Assembly (NCBI GenBank): GCA_951406725.2
Contig: OX597820.1
Coordinates: forward strand, 43,152,001-43,216,000
From: Octopus vulgaris
Taxonomy: Eukaryota
Direction of reading: 5' to 3'
DNA length: 64,000 nt
A program made the position numbers and the translations under genes. The notes under the pieces are model-generated. The model saw only the letters and a program-made list of their open reading frames with translations. It did not search any database and had not been told where the DNA came from. This document shows, piece after piece, positions 14,841 through 28,028 of the stretch (within the stretch, counting starts at the first letter, position 1; the number at the start of each line of letters is the position of its first letter).

Positions 14841-16476
14841 GAAACCTAAACACCTTTACCCGACCAGCCGATCTTTAAAAAACAGTTAAATATATGGGAT
14901 GAGTCAAGCCACATTACCATCTCTAGAAAACACATTGATCAATATAGAAATATTTCCCACACGCTTGAATGCCGTTTGTGTATGGTACTAATTAAGAATC
15001 AAAATGAGCTTTAAAACACGTCAAATCCAGAATTTTATCAATTTTCAAAGGGACTATACAAATGCTACCAAATAGTATTTACAAATTATCCAAATAAGTA
15101 CACATTTTTCAAAAATAATAAGAAAACTAGCAACTGTAATTGCTGTTACTATCTCCTCTCCAATATTACAGTTAACTCTGATGGCGCTTAAAAATATACA
15201 CTTTACTCACATTTTTAAAACATGTAAAATATATCTATAACAAATGCAATGCAACACAAATCTTTTAAAAATACATTCATGGTATCAAATTATTGAAATT
15301 ATCTTATGGTTTTCATGAAGTAATCGTTCCCAGAAACTTTATTGATATCAGGAACGCAAAACATTCACTATTCTAAACTATACTCAGATCAAACAAGCCA
15401 AGACTTTTGGCGTAATAATATATGTAAAACTACTGCTCATAAAAACTGGCAATCATCTTGGAGATAGCAAAAATATTAAATTATCGGTCAGTATTTTTGC
15501 CAAAAGCCATCACGGTATATATTCGCTTAGTATCTATTATTGCTAGACTGCTTAGTTGCGTTTATCCGTTTGTAATTTCTCAGACATGTCTTTATTCTTC
15601 TAAAGCCATTGAACGTGTGCTGTCCAGAACATGTTGCAACTGCAATATTTACTACCATATAAAAGATTTTCTTGCTAGCTAGCTATGTAACATGAAGCAC
15701 GTTATTATACAAAGTTTCAACATCTGCAACAATCACGTGTAAGCCTGATAAATGTGAATAGACTATGATATACTTTATGTAGATTGCCTTTTCTGTCTTT
15801 CGGAGATCCAGATCTACACCATAATTTAATGCAACGAGTCTGTACTTATTAACTAAGTCGTTTGACGAATAAGGATTTAAGATATTAAAACTGAGCTACA
15901 GAATATGTCTTAGTTATATCACTAATTCGTAATACCAATACCATTTCCTTAATAGCTTTTTCCAGACAGAAACACTCGCAGGTAGATAATAATAGAAGTC
16001 TTTGGTAATTTAACCCGGCAGCACTTTCGTTCGTGATTTCCCAACCGGGAAACAAACTTTGTTTTTTACTCTGTGGAAAGCTAGCTTCTCTGAAAGAGAA
16101 TCATGCTCCTTGGATGATGATTTTTTTAAACCTAACATTACAATATATTTCTCCTCATTTCTACTGATAGGGAAAATTTACCTTGATTTCCTTTGCTGTT
16201 TTCATACTTTGCAATTTTCCTTTATTATGTTTCTTTGCAGTGTTTCTCTGAAGCGTTTTGCATGTTCAACACTGAACTGCTTAATATATTGATCACTCTC
16301 GAGTTCATGTCCAGTTTGGTTTTCGGAACCACATAAGTACATACATAATGTCGATATAGTTACATACTGAATTCGCATTTATCCCTTATGACTTAAATTC
16401 ATGCTATTAAATACTTGAGGTGTGTGCATGCATATATGATATGATTCTTTAATTTAAACTTATGTACACATCAACA

Positions 16477-16507
<31 letters not shown>

Positions 16508-17416
16508 GTACATGCATACATAAGTTTAAGTTAAATATTATAGCTTTCTAAGTCTTAAAAAATAAACGCTAACTGTAACATTTTAACTTAAAATTTTAAG
16601 ACCATATGTATAGCTCAACAAATGCAGCAACTATTTGCGTTTCTCATATACATTTGTGTTGTTATCTATCAATATAAATCATAATATTTATATATTTTAG
16701 TAATGTCTTCGCATACGTAAAAAGAAGCAAATCTTTTTTCTCATGAGAACTTAAACACGAAAGTGAAATTGAACAGAACATCATACATTCATGTACACAT
16801 ACATTTGTTTTGGTTGCCTTCTCTTACATTTATTCAACACCAATTAGTTAAACTGTTGCGTAGAGAAGCTGGAAATTTGTAAAATATGTTTGATGTGTTA
16901 ACCTAAATGGAATTATTCTCCAAACTAATGACAAAATCAGAACCAAAGTTTGGGATTTTTATTTATTTATTTTTTATATTTAGCACAGAATTGTGATAGA
17001 ATCGCGCCCAAAACATTGATTTCGGTAACCAGCTAGCATCGAAAGACTATTTCAACAAATATTTAATCTTTGAGCATTATAAAAAATATTCAAAAAATGA
17101 CAAAATGTAGAGGGAGAATTTTCATTGAATCCAGTATTATCGAACTTTCTCGAGTTAATTTAACCTGTCATATTGATATTTCATATTTTTCAGATGATTT
17201 CAGATTAATGGTCTTCATTCAGAAGTCTCTTAACTAATGCTGAACGACACAATGTCAAAACTTTTAAGAGCTCTTGTTCTTTTTCCGCTTTTTGTATTTG
17301 GAATTTTTTGTTGTTGCTGCTGAATCTTTGAAAAATATGTTAGGCAGGAAGAAAAAAAATGTGAGGATAAAAAAAAATGATGAGGAAGATTACCCCCATT
17401 ATTTTTGTTGTTGTCA

Positions 17417-17423
17417 TTATTAC

Positions 17424-17471
<48 letters not shown>

Positions 17472-17536
17472 AAGAAGAAGAAGAAGAAGAAGAAGAAGAA
17501 GAAGAAGAAGAAGAAGAAAAAGAAGAAGAAGAAGAA
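17417..17536. repeat. (TAT)n(GAA)n compound microsatellite
   Basis: Directly visible. Confidence 0.95.
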
Positions 17537-19719
17537 GGTGATGATATCGATGTTGCTACTCTAGATGATGATGATGAATAAGAAACAAAGTACTAAAAGT
17601 GACAGCATATGAAATTGTGCACAGCAAAAATTATAAACAATTGTAGAAAACAATAACGACAAAAAAATATATCGAAGGCGAAATTAAAACTGCAAAATGG
17701 CTTGGAATGTGAATCAATGGAAAATAAAACACAGAAAGAGAGAGAAAAATCCACATCCCTCATCAATGGGAAGCATTATGAGGAAATATTCAGTGGTAGT
17801 GCTGGATTAAAGTCACAAACGAAATGATTGCCAAAATGGTTGTCATGTTAATATCGTTCAGAGAAGATAAAAACATTGAACATGAAATGTACTTGAGAAA
17901 TATCTGTGTGAAGTTTTAGAGTTAAAAATATAAAAGAAAAGATCTAAACATTTTAAGGAACGAGGAAGACGGAGAGGAATTATGATCGAGAGAACAAGGA
18001 AATAGAGAGGGTCGAAACTGCGTGTATGTGAGAGATAGAGAGCGGATGAGGGTGCGAGTATGTGTGTTTGAGAGAGAAAGAACGAGATAGAAAATGTGTG
18101 CGTGTGTGTGTGTGTGTGCGTGCGGGCGTATTTGTGTTTGATGCCAGGGAGGGTGATTCAGAAAACTTTCAAAAAAATCGTTATCAGAAAGAAGCTTTGA
18201 AAGAGAGAGAGAGAGGAGGAGGGGGCTGTATGCGAAAATAGAAAGAGAGAAGACAAGTATTAGTGGATCTAACGCTTTTGTGTGCTCAACAGTATAAGAG
18301 GTGGGATAGAAAACAAAACATGTTGAAAGCGTGTGTGTATGTGGGCTTGTGCGTATGTGCAAGAAAGAAAGTGAAAGATAACACAAGAGAGACAGAAAGT
18401 GAGATAAAAGGGAGGAGAGAAAGAGAGAGTGATTAAATGCTGTTACTTACAACTAAGACTAAACTAAGAATTAAAATGTGTAGACGGATGGAGATACTGG
18501 TTGGTTTTTCAGCAAGTTGAAAAAGAGGAGGAAATGGAAAGAGAGGAAATTGGTAAGAGTTATAAGTGTTAGAGAAATGATATGAGGGTGAGAATATGTA
18601 AAGGTAATTTGGGAGAATTATGTCGATAGGAGAAAGAAACAAGATAAGAGACATGAGAGTGAAATGAAACAAAACAAGAAAGAAAACGACCAAAGAGAGA
18701 TTATATGCATACGACTAAGACAATGAAGAGATATATAACGAAGGAAAATACAAAAAGTAAATTATAAAGCGTTGCTTCATATGGAGAAATTGTTGAGTAA
18801 TGAAAGAGGAGGAGAGAGAGATAGGGGGAATGAAAGAGAATTGCTGACAGAATTGGATAGTAGGTTATAGCAACACGTGATTAAAACAAAGAATATACGT
18901 TTTGCAAATTAGTAAAATATCTAAGGTAAGTTTATTACTGAACATCTATAGAGATCGATCAGTAACAGAAACTGGAAGAAAAATATACTTGCTTTTTATT
19001 TCATTTTATTGTGTTTATGCCGTCCATGATATGTAATAACATTTGAATGCAGTGAAGTGTTCTATTTTATCACTTAGAAAAGATATAGTCTGTCTTATCT
19101 TCGATTCACACTTAAAACTATAAACTTGTTAAAATGTTCTACATTTCTAGTGTGTAGATTCAGTGTCATAAAGATAATTAACAGAAAGACAAGAAATTAA
19201 GACTAACAAAACTAACACGATCTCTTTGTAGGAATTGAGAGCAAGCGGTTCAGAAACGTACAGAAACAAGGTTCAGTAAGTGATAGTCATGAAGTGATAA
19301 AACACTTAATGTTACAAGAAAATAAATGAGACAGCGAGATAAAAAGACGGTTTTTATTATTCCAGCATGTTCTATTGAATGATAGATCGAATACGATAAA
19401 CAATTAGTATATAGTGCTGGTACCCTCAACTAGACGAGAAGTAGAATTTACAGTCAAACAAATTTCAAACACCATCATCATAGATTTCTCAGCGATTATC
19501 ATTACTAAGGTTTTCGTTGTTATTATTGTTCTAGTTGTTTTTGTGGTTGTTATTTACGTCATAAGAATTTAACTTCGAGAGACGAGTAATAATTCACTTT
19601 TAACTCTAGAAATCATTATGGAGAAAGCTATAAATAATAGTGTGTGAATATTGGTTTACATCGAATATTTCTGGAAAGAAACTATTGACGGCTGCCTGTG
19701 AAAGTAATCCGCATCATCT

Positions 19720-19862
19720 GCGAGGTCGACTTTGCCTTTCAGCCTTTCAGGATCGATGAAATAAGTACCTGTTATACACTGGAGTCGATGTAATTGACTA
19801 GTCTCCTCCCCACAATTTTCACGTCTTGTGCATATACTAGAAAGGATTATTATTACTATTAT
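19720..19862 (+). mobile_element. Nin/Deu-domain SINE 3' part
   Basis: Core GAGGTCGACTTTGCCTTTCAGCCTTTCAGGATCGATGAAATAAGTACC, with an ATT tail. Confidence 0.75.
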
Positions 19863-21198
19863 TTTATTGTCTTTGCACAGCTTCTAACGCTGGAGATGCA
19901 CTACGGTATCAGCTGTTCACTACCAGTGAACTAAGGTAACGTCCCTTATTTTTCGAGCACCATCCGGAGTATTCGAGTGATTCCAAGCAGTGTTGTTTCC
20001 TGCAAGTACTCCACACTTATTTGCAGCCCATATTTGTTCTATGTACTTCTCAAGATTTTTACCTCACAGGGCTCCAACAATTATCGGTACTACCACCACC
20101 TTTTTCATCGACCACAGCTGCTTAACCTCCCAAGCTAACATGTTATATGTATCGACTTTTCTTTCTTCCTTATCGCAATACCTTGTTGTCAGCTGAGAAT
20201 TCTATATCTATGATCCAGCATCGTTTGCTCTCTTCCTCAATGAAGACTATGTCTGGTTTCCTATTCTCTATCTGATAGTCGTACTGAATCATAAAATTCC
20301 ATAGGATCTTTGCATAAACATTTTCAATGATGCCTTCGAGTTTATGTTTGTACCACTTTTTCTGCTCTGTCAAGCCCATACCTGCTGTAAGGTGTCCAAT
20401 GGACAATCCTTCCGATATCGTCATGACGTCTCTTATATTCTTTTTGGGCCAGTGGCATATATTGACTGGTAATGCGCCATACAGTTTCACCGTTTTGTCC
20501 ACAGACTCTACACTTATCAGTTTCTGATATGTTGTCTATTCTGTATTTGATGTAATTGGTAGTTAATGCTTGCTTTTGGGCAGCACAGATTAGAGCTTGC
20601 GTTTCTGGTTTTAAATCATATTTAGTCATACATAGCCATCTTTTCTCTCTGTCTTATCCTCAACATCACTATGAAATCGTCCATGCATTCTTTTTTTCCA
20701 CCTATTTTCAGTTTCATTAATTCTCAAGTGTTTGTACAGGGCTTTATCTTTGCAATCTTCCATCCTACAGAGGCCTGACCTTCTTAGTTCCAATAATAGC
20801 GGCTCTATGGCATTTTTACATACCATGCTACGTTGTTTTCTTCTGCTCTAATGCTGTGTTCGCATCCAATAAGTCATTTTATTCTTGGTACATACATTCT
20901 GTCTCTGTCAGTTTTGGGTGGAGTATCCCATATCTAGTTAAAAACTTCCTTGTCTTTCTGTCTAAGGTGTTTAGTTCGTCTACTGTCCATGCGATTACTC
21001 CTGCGAAACCGCCCAGGTATTGATAGCTTCAATCTTATTCCGTCCGTTTAATTTCGACTTAAGCATCAGTCTCAGTCTGCGCAAGTACTCCACCTTAAAT
21101 TTTTCGGTCATTTCTTCCTTCGTCAATTTATCTATTTCCAATATCCTCTAGGACTTATAACCCGTCTCTTCTATTTGCTTCATAACCTACCCCGACGG
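19863..21198 (-). mobile_element. R4/Dong-like RLE retrotransposon, 3' 1.3 kb
   Basis: Minus strand: KSKLNGRNKIEAINTWAV...LDRKTRKFL...MHGRF...LKPETQALICAAQKQALTTNY...CRVCGQNGETV...RHDDIGRIVHW...NRKPDIVFIEEESKRCWIIDI (RT thumb, CCHC, PD..D endonuclease). Confidence 0.93.
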
Positions 21199-21212
21199 TT
21201 ACAATATTTGGT

Positions 21213-22500
21213 GCGGTTACAATATTTGGTGCGTATTACGAGACGTTTGTAAACACTGATATGATAAAAAATTACGTGACCAAATCTATCCTGATTCTGT
21301 AATCCATTCTGTGTATAGAGGAAAATGAGATGTGTTGGTTGGTGCAGATCAGAATGCTGGCTATTACCTGTGTGAAATAAAAGCCACTAACTTGATTTCT
21401 GGCATCACGAGCTGAGAAAAGGGATACTTTAAGCAAACAATAGCAGAAGCAAGAAAAAACTTTGGACACAATTGTAGATGTTTTTAAAGCAGTACTGGTC
21501 ACAATTCCAAGAATGGTCAAGAGATTCGACTCGTTCCCCTGATAGGAGTTGACATTTAGGGTACAGATTAAAATTCTGGCCCCGAAATCGATGAAAAAAA
21601 AAAGCCGATGCTTCACTACCTAATATTGGTAGCACCTTCTTGTCATAGGGTGATATTGAAGAGACTGCAACATCGCCAGCACAGTGCACAGATTACCAGA
21701 CTCACATTATCGTAGCTCGTCTAACAGAGTTGCAGTCTTGGATGAAAGGTAGACCACAATAGGGATGATAGCGCATAAACTTTTGCCAGGCGTTGTGAGT
21801 CCTGTCTGCCAGGCATTACTGTTGATGAACGCCCCACTATGACGTTGTATATGCGATTTATGACTGGTAAGATCGCCGAACGCCTCGGGGACACTAGGTT
21901 TCGACGAGAATCAACAGACTGCTCTGTTCCGTAGGACATGCGGTTCAAAGTCTATGGATAATTTCTAGGAATGCTAGCGAGATCATTCCTAGCCCAGGAT
22001 GCAAAAGAGCTTCGAAACCGTCCTGCAAGAAATCGAGCATTTCTGACTTGTGGACTTATGTCAAACGCTGCTTGCGCGTGGAGGATGTGTCCTGTTATCT
22101 TATTCTGTTGTGATGATCGTCCTGCCGTCTCCCATTTTACGGGAACATCGGAGGGTTTTCCGGTCATAGCGGCTAGGGAGAAGAGGTTCTGAAGTGACTG
22201 AAGACATTCTTTTCTATTTTAGTGTAATCCCCATCGACTATCTAGATTCTATTTCAAAAGAGATATGAGTACTAAAGGGAGGTTGTGCCCTGTAATAAAT
22301 TTGTTGAATATGGTGAGGATGGCCAAAGTAAGTACCGCTATATAATAAATTTCTTAAATGTAAGCTCAATCCTTATACGCCAGGCATTACGTCATATTGA
22401 AGCTGCTAAATAGGCTGTTATTTTATTCCATATTCTACAAAAATATTCGCTGCACTATGCGACTTGCTTACACTATTTCGAGAATTCTGAAAAATAATGT
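21213..22500 (+). pseudogene. Decayed coding-like sequence with a PD-(D/E)xK-type motif; candidate endogenous RNA-virus (PA-like) element
   Basis: Repeat-free and visibly less AT-rich than its flanks. The + frame reads KLRDQIYPDSVIHSVYRGK*DVLVGADQNAGYYLCEIKATNLISGITS*EK. Many stops and frameshifts. Confidence 0.35.
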
Positions 22501-22613
22501 CTCATACTACAAAGTATTCCATAAATAGTACACATATTTAAATTGAATCGTAACATGTATAACACTGTAATTGATTTATGGTAGCTAACTCGTATACACA
22601 TATATGTATATTT

Positions 22614-22675
<62 letters not shown>

Positions 22676-24287
22676 CTATATTTGCATATACAAATATGCA
22701 TATACGTATATACGCACACACTCATACACATATATATGTATGCACACATATATATATTATATGTGTGTGTGTGTGTTTGTGTTAATATGCACGTGCACAC
22801 ACGCACACATATACATGTATATATAAATATGTAGAAAGATGTTATATGATAGATATGTTCGTGTGCGTCTTGTTTCTGTAAGATCACTAACCTATTTTCC
22901 CTATATTTCTGAATACATTCACTCATATGTGTATGTGAGTGCGGGAGAATACGTATGTATAAAATTTCTCCTTTAAGAACTAATTCAATTTACTTCACAA
23001 CCGTCTGTCGCACTGGTCTTATTCTATATCTACATTATATCTGAAACCGATAATTCCCAAGCATATCATCAAAGAAAATTACCAATCGTTGCATAATTAT
23101 GAAAATCTATGTATTTATCAGTTCACTTTACTCCGTGGCAAGGGAGTAGATATTGAAAGAAAGATTTATTATATGCATATCTTCGATACATTTTTATTTC
23201 AACACACCAGCTTTCTGGAATGAATTTTCGTTACTAGCATAAGTAGCTCGTTCATCTAGTTGCAAAAGATGGGTTCTAAATCAGTGACATTTATCCTCAT
23301 GAGTGTCATCATGTATGCGAAATAATGGATTGTGAACACAGTCATCAGTGTTATGCCAATTCAGTAACTATTTAGAAACCTTCATTTCTTCATTGCAAAT
23401 AAGTGCCTATTTTTTTAGATGCTACAGCCATTAATACTTATTTAGTCTGTGACTCAATTATTCGCCTTCATAACCTATTATTTACCAAATCTCTTATTTA
23501 ATTTTCATATTCTTTTTCGTACACTAACACTCTATAATCAATTACACCGCATATTTCGTCAGCGATTCAAAAGATCTTTTCAAGTAATGAACTAACGTAA
23601 GAAGAAAATAACGCTGGTCGAAATACGAAAATAAAATTAAAATGAACTGATACTGTTTCCATGTGGATGATGAAATTTTTATTGATTTATTTCTATGACC
23701 TCTTTAGTAACTATTACGATACGTCTCTTGGATGAGAATAACACTTCTTAAATCAACTTCTATATATTCTCAGTTATAAAACAAAGTGCGAACGTCTCGA
23801 TGTGATGTAATTACGTTGATAGAAAACAATAGTAGTTAATTAGGTTGAAATATATATATTAGTGAAAGGGGATTGTTCTAAATAACTGATGCTTTTCTCT
23901 TAGCGACTTTCGTTTTTGTATGCTGTGTAGGCTCTGTTGCTTTGGCATTTATATTGTGCTACATAAAAAAAAAATCGAATTTCAAATGTGCGGACAGCGT
24001 ATGACAAGGAAATTTTAGATGCTTACTAATAAATTCTTATATTACCTTGCCGAACCTTTCTTTGATGTTGGTTATATTAGTACATTTTCGCGAAGTATTA
24101 GGATGCCTGTTTAGCAATCGATTTGAAAAGACATTGTAAATAACTATGTGCATATGTGCATACATATACACACATATGTGTGTATATATATATATGTATT
24201 ATCTTTGTACTATATGCACATATATGTGTGTGTATGTGTGTGCCTTTTTTACATACGTGGATATATATATATATATATATTTATACA

Positions 24288-24361
24288 TGGCTGTGTGGTA
24301 AAATCTTGTTTCCCAACCATATGATTCCGGGTTCAATCCCATTGCGTGACACCTTGGGCAA
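24288..24361 (+). mobile_element. tRNA-derived SINE head
   Basis: TGGCTGTGTGGTAA (A box) ... GGTTCAATCCC (B box) ... CACCTTGGGCAA. Confidence 0.75.
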
Positions 24362-24364
24362 CAC

Positions 24365-24768
24365 GGATATGTATGCGACCTTTGGTCATCCCACCCCGAA
24401 AACACTGTACAAAGAGTACCATTCCATTTCCACAAGAACACCAGCGTTCAAAATATACATATTTTCCATACACTTTTTGTCCAGAAAACGCTTGTCACAC
24501 CGCAACACTCCTAGAGATGGTACTTTGTTACCAACGGACATAACTCTTTACCGTGCTGGGGTCGTTTCATCGTCTTTTTCACTGTGACTACCACCGGATG
24601 TGTTTGTTCACCCACAACGATAGAGAGTAGTCACTATATTCTATTTCAAAGTTAGCATGTCTGAAGAGCGCAGGATTACACAATCAGATCCTAGCAGTCC
24701 GTCGAACACCCAGTGCGAAACCGTTCGGTAAGATCGGTCATAAAGAATATGCAATAATGTGCACTTCG

Positions 24769-24775
<7 letters not shown>
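24365..24775 (+). mobile_element. Penelope-like element 3' end / pseudo-LTR
   Basis: Broken PAFKI..FPYTFCPEN resembles the GIY-YIG C-terminus seen at 35800. It carries a hammerhead-like motif and ends in (TA)n. Confidence 0.5.
24655..24736 (+). ncRNA. Type I hammerhead ribozyme-like motif
   Basis: CUGAAGA (24661-67), stem II GCGCaGG...CCaGUGC, GAAA (24717-20), stem III ACC-GUUC-GGU, cleavage triplet GUA (24728-30). Stem I is poorly paired. Confidence 0.6.
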
Positions 24776-24801
<26 letters not shown>

Positions 24802-24804
<3 letters not shown>

Positions 24805-25212
24805 CCGGCGCGACAGATTGTGCTTTGTGTGTTTGGGACCACCCTAAAGATGAATAGCCAAAGTGAATTTTATCAGCATCCCATGCTTTTTTAAAAATAG
24901 CAAGAAAGAAGTGGAAACCTGGAGAAAAATGTACGTAGAGAGGCTGCTGTTACAGAACATATGTGCCAAAAGATTTTGATCTGGAAATTTTGGGGTCCGA
25001 GATGCACCTAATATTGACCAACAAACGTTGATTAACAGCGATAGTAATCCCCATTGTACGATCAGGATTGTCGCAAATATTCCACAAATATCTAAATCGG
25101 GGCCTGAAAATCATGTGCATCAATTTGACTACGTTAGCAGACTCGTTGGATGGGTTTCACATGGATTGAATAAGGCTAACTTCACCCAACGGATTTTCAT
25201 CGCCGATTGGAA
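24802..25212 (+). mobile_element. mariner 5' relic
   Basis: F*SGNFGVRDAP...NPHCTIRIVANIPQISKSGPENHVHQFDYVSRLVGWVSHGL (WVPHEL motif). Confidence 0.65.
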
Positions 25213-25239
25213 GAAAATGTGGAAAGAAAGAAAGGAAGA

Positions 25240-25559
25240 CAGAAGAAGAAGAAGAAGAAGAAGAAGAAGAAGAAGAAGAAGAAGAAGAAGAAGAAGAAGA
25301 AGAAGAAGAAGAAGAAGAAAAAAAGGAGAAGAAGAAGAAAAAGGAGAAGTGGAAGAAAAAGAAGCAGAAGAAGAAGAACCGACTGAGAAAGAAAGAAGAA
25401 GATGATGATGATGAAGAAGAAGAAGAAGAAGAAGAAAAAGGAAAAGTAGAAGAAGAAGAAGAAGAAGAAGAAGAAGAAGAAGGAGAAAAAGAAGGCGAAG
25501 AAAAAAAAGAAGAAGAAGAAGAAGAAGAAGAAGAAGAAGAAGAAGAAGAAGAAGAAGAA

Positions 25560-25606
<47 letters not shown>

Positions 25607-25638
25607 AGAAGAAGAAGAAGAAGAAGAAGAAGAAGAAG
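25240..25638. repeat. Long interrupted (GAA)n polypurine tract
   Basis: Directly visible. Confidence 0.97.
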
Positions 25639-25842
25639 CGCCGACTGGTCGAATGGCAGCGTCAGCAAAACAATGGTTTGTAAAATTCATACACAGGACA
25701 ATTATTCAGCCATTCGTCTCCTCTCTATAGCATCAATGAAATTATGAAAGTTCTGGGGTCGACGACATCAATTATATGCCCTTCCTTCAAAATTACCCTG
25801 TTGTTATATTGTTTCATTAGCATTATCGCCATCATCATCCTC

Positions 25843-25874
<32 letters not shown>

Positions 25875-26126
25875 TATCATTACAAAATATGCAATAAAAA
25901 TACTAAAGGAAATTATCATTGATATCTGTCAATGATAAAACAATATTAATAACAGTGATAATGATAAAATTAAGAAAAATACGACTAAAGAACAATAATC
26001 TTATTCGTAATAACAAAAGTAATAATTATTATTATAAGAATAATTACAAATATTACAATAATTGTTATTATAGAGGAACATAAAGGATGGGATAATAGGA
26101 GTCGTAATACGAATTACTAGTAATAG

Positions 26127-26200
26127 TGATGATGATGATGACGATGGTGATGATGATGATGACGATGATGATGATGATGATGATGATAAGGAGAAGAGGA

Positions 26201-26270
<70 letters not shown>

Positions 26271-26408
26271 TCAGCTGTAGTAGTAGTAGTAGTAGTAGTA
26301 GAATAAGAAGTAGAAGAAGAAGAAAAAGAAGAAGAACGTGACGGAAACGAGGAGGAGGGCAGAGGAAGAAGTAAGGGCAAATGGAAAAAAAAACGGAGAT
26401 GATGGCGG

Positions 26409-26447
<39 letters not shown>

Positions 26448-26503
26448 CGACGACGATGATGATGATAAGGAGGAGGAGGAGGGGAGGAGGAGGAGGAGGA
26501 GGA
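26127..26503. repeat. Compound (GAT)/(GTA)/(GAA)/(GAC)/(GAG) microsatellite
   Basis: Directly visible. Confidence 0.95.
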
Positions 26504-26913
26504 AAAATGACAGATTTACAAGCAAACAGAGAAAAACTGCGAAATGATTAATAAAGAAATGTAGGATGTAAAAAATAAAGCAAAAGTTAGAAAAGACAAA
26601 TATAAGGAGTGGACTGCAATTAAGACAAACTACAAAAGGGTGTGAGAAATATTATCGAATTATTTTCGAACATGCGTCTAGTTACAAGTATGTTAAGAAA
26701 TTGACACCTTTTAATAATAGTGTTCATGATTCCAGTGGCTTGGATTTTTAAAAATTGGTTCAATCCATGCATTTATGTGCGTGTATGCGTGCGTGTGCGT
26801 GTGAGCTTGTGCGTGTTTGTTTGTATGTGTGTATGTGTGTATGAATGCCTCTACATGTAAGTATGTATGTATACAAATGTCTGTACCTATCTACCTCTAT
26901 TTACCTCTTTCTC

Positions 26914-26965
<52 letters not shown>

Positions 26966-27029
26966 CACACACGCACACACACACATGCATAAATACATAC
27001 ATATATATATATATATGTTTGTACTGTCG

Positions 27030-27396
27030 TTACCGTCTTGCTTTTTTTACCATTTTTTACCCCTCTGCGAAAAGATCTCAGAATTTTAATTGATTTGCTT
27101 TTCGAAGGAAGGAAGTTTCTTCGAAGTATACGTCTCGCTTTTATCCTTCGAAACATAGAGTAGATGAAACCTTAGCGACTGAAGAAGGGGATTTTTCGTT
27201 GTGCTTATTGTCCTGTATCACTTTTTTTCTTTTTTGCTTGTCCTGTTCCTTGGTTTGTGTCTATGTTTTTCGTCTCTCTATGTTTTCGACGTCTTTTTGG
27301 TGTCCTGTACACATATATGCGTGTATATGTACATGTAGAGGTAGGAACGTACATATATGTTTATATATATGCATATGTTCTATTTTATTAACATAT

Positions 27397-27434
<38 letters not shown>

Positions 27435-27435
27435 T
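27030..27435 (+). mobile_element. (TA)n-embedded interspersed repeat, possibly a Penelope-like end
   Basis: High similarity to the reverse complement of 56100-56440 (TTCGAAAC..AGAGTAGATGAAACC...GCGACTGAAGAAGGGG...TGTCCTGTAC..ATATATGC..GTATAT..ACATGTAGAGGTAGG). Flanked by (TA)n. Confidence 0.75.
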
Positions 27436-27560
27436 TGAGTGCGTGTGCGTTTAAGTTTGCATGTATATATTTATCTATATACATATATACATGTGTATAT
27501 GCAATTAAATAACGGTATACGGTAACTAGATAAAAAAGTCAATATGAAACGTTAATGTTT

Positions 27561-27638
<78 letters not shown>

Positions 27639-28028
27639 CAGATAGATAGGTAGATACACCCACGGATAAATGTATGTGTTTATGTATGTATGCTTGTATA
27701 TATATATATAATAATGCAATCACATGGAAATATCTTTCATAAAATATACAGCAATACGTATAAATCCGTGTATAAACAAGTGATCCTTTAACAGAATCAC
27801 TAAGATGAGTTGAAAATATCTCAGCAAACTCAGATATATATATATATATATAAATATATATGTATTGCTCTCTGGGAGATTTTCTTATGGTAGTGAAATA
27901 GTAGTTTTTAACTGCTATTTCTAAAGTTCGGTATGTGGTGAAGCAACTTTTTGCTGAACCCTAATTATAAATATACTCATAATTACAGAATTTATACATA
28001 TATATATATATATACGTTTAAATATTTG

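Noticed and set aside
16475-16508. (CA)n(CG)n Z-DNA-prone run
   Set aside because: Short, and a common derivative of CA microsatellites.
21721-22200. Minus-strand reading containing FRSSFASWA, reminiscent of a tyrosine recombinase box II
   Set aside because: It lacks the preceding His and the downstream H/W and Tyr motifs. It remains only as an alternative reading of the candidate viral region.
27143-27195. Type II hammerhead arrangement GAAAC..GUA...CUGAAGA (also in the 56360-56408 copy)
   Set aside because: The core words are present in both copies but stem I cannot be paired, so I did not call it.
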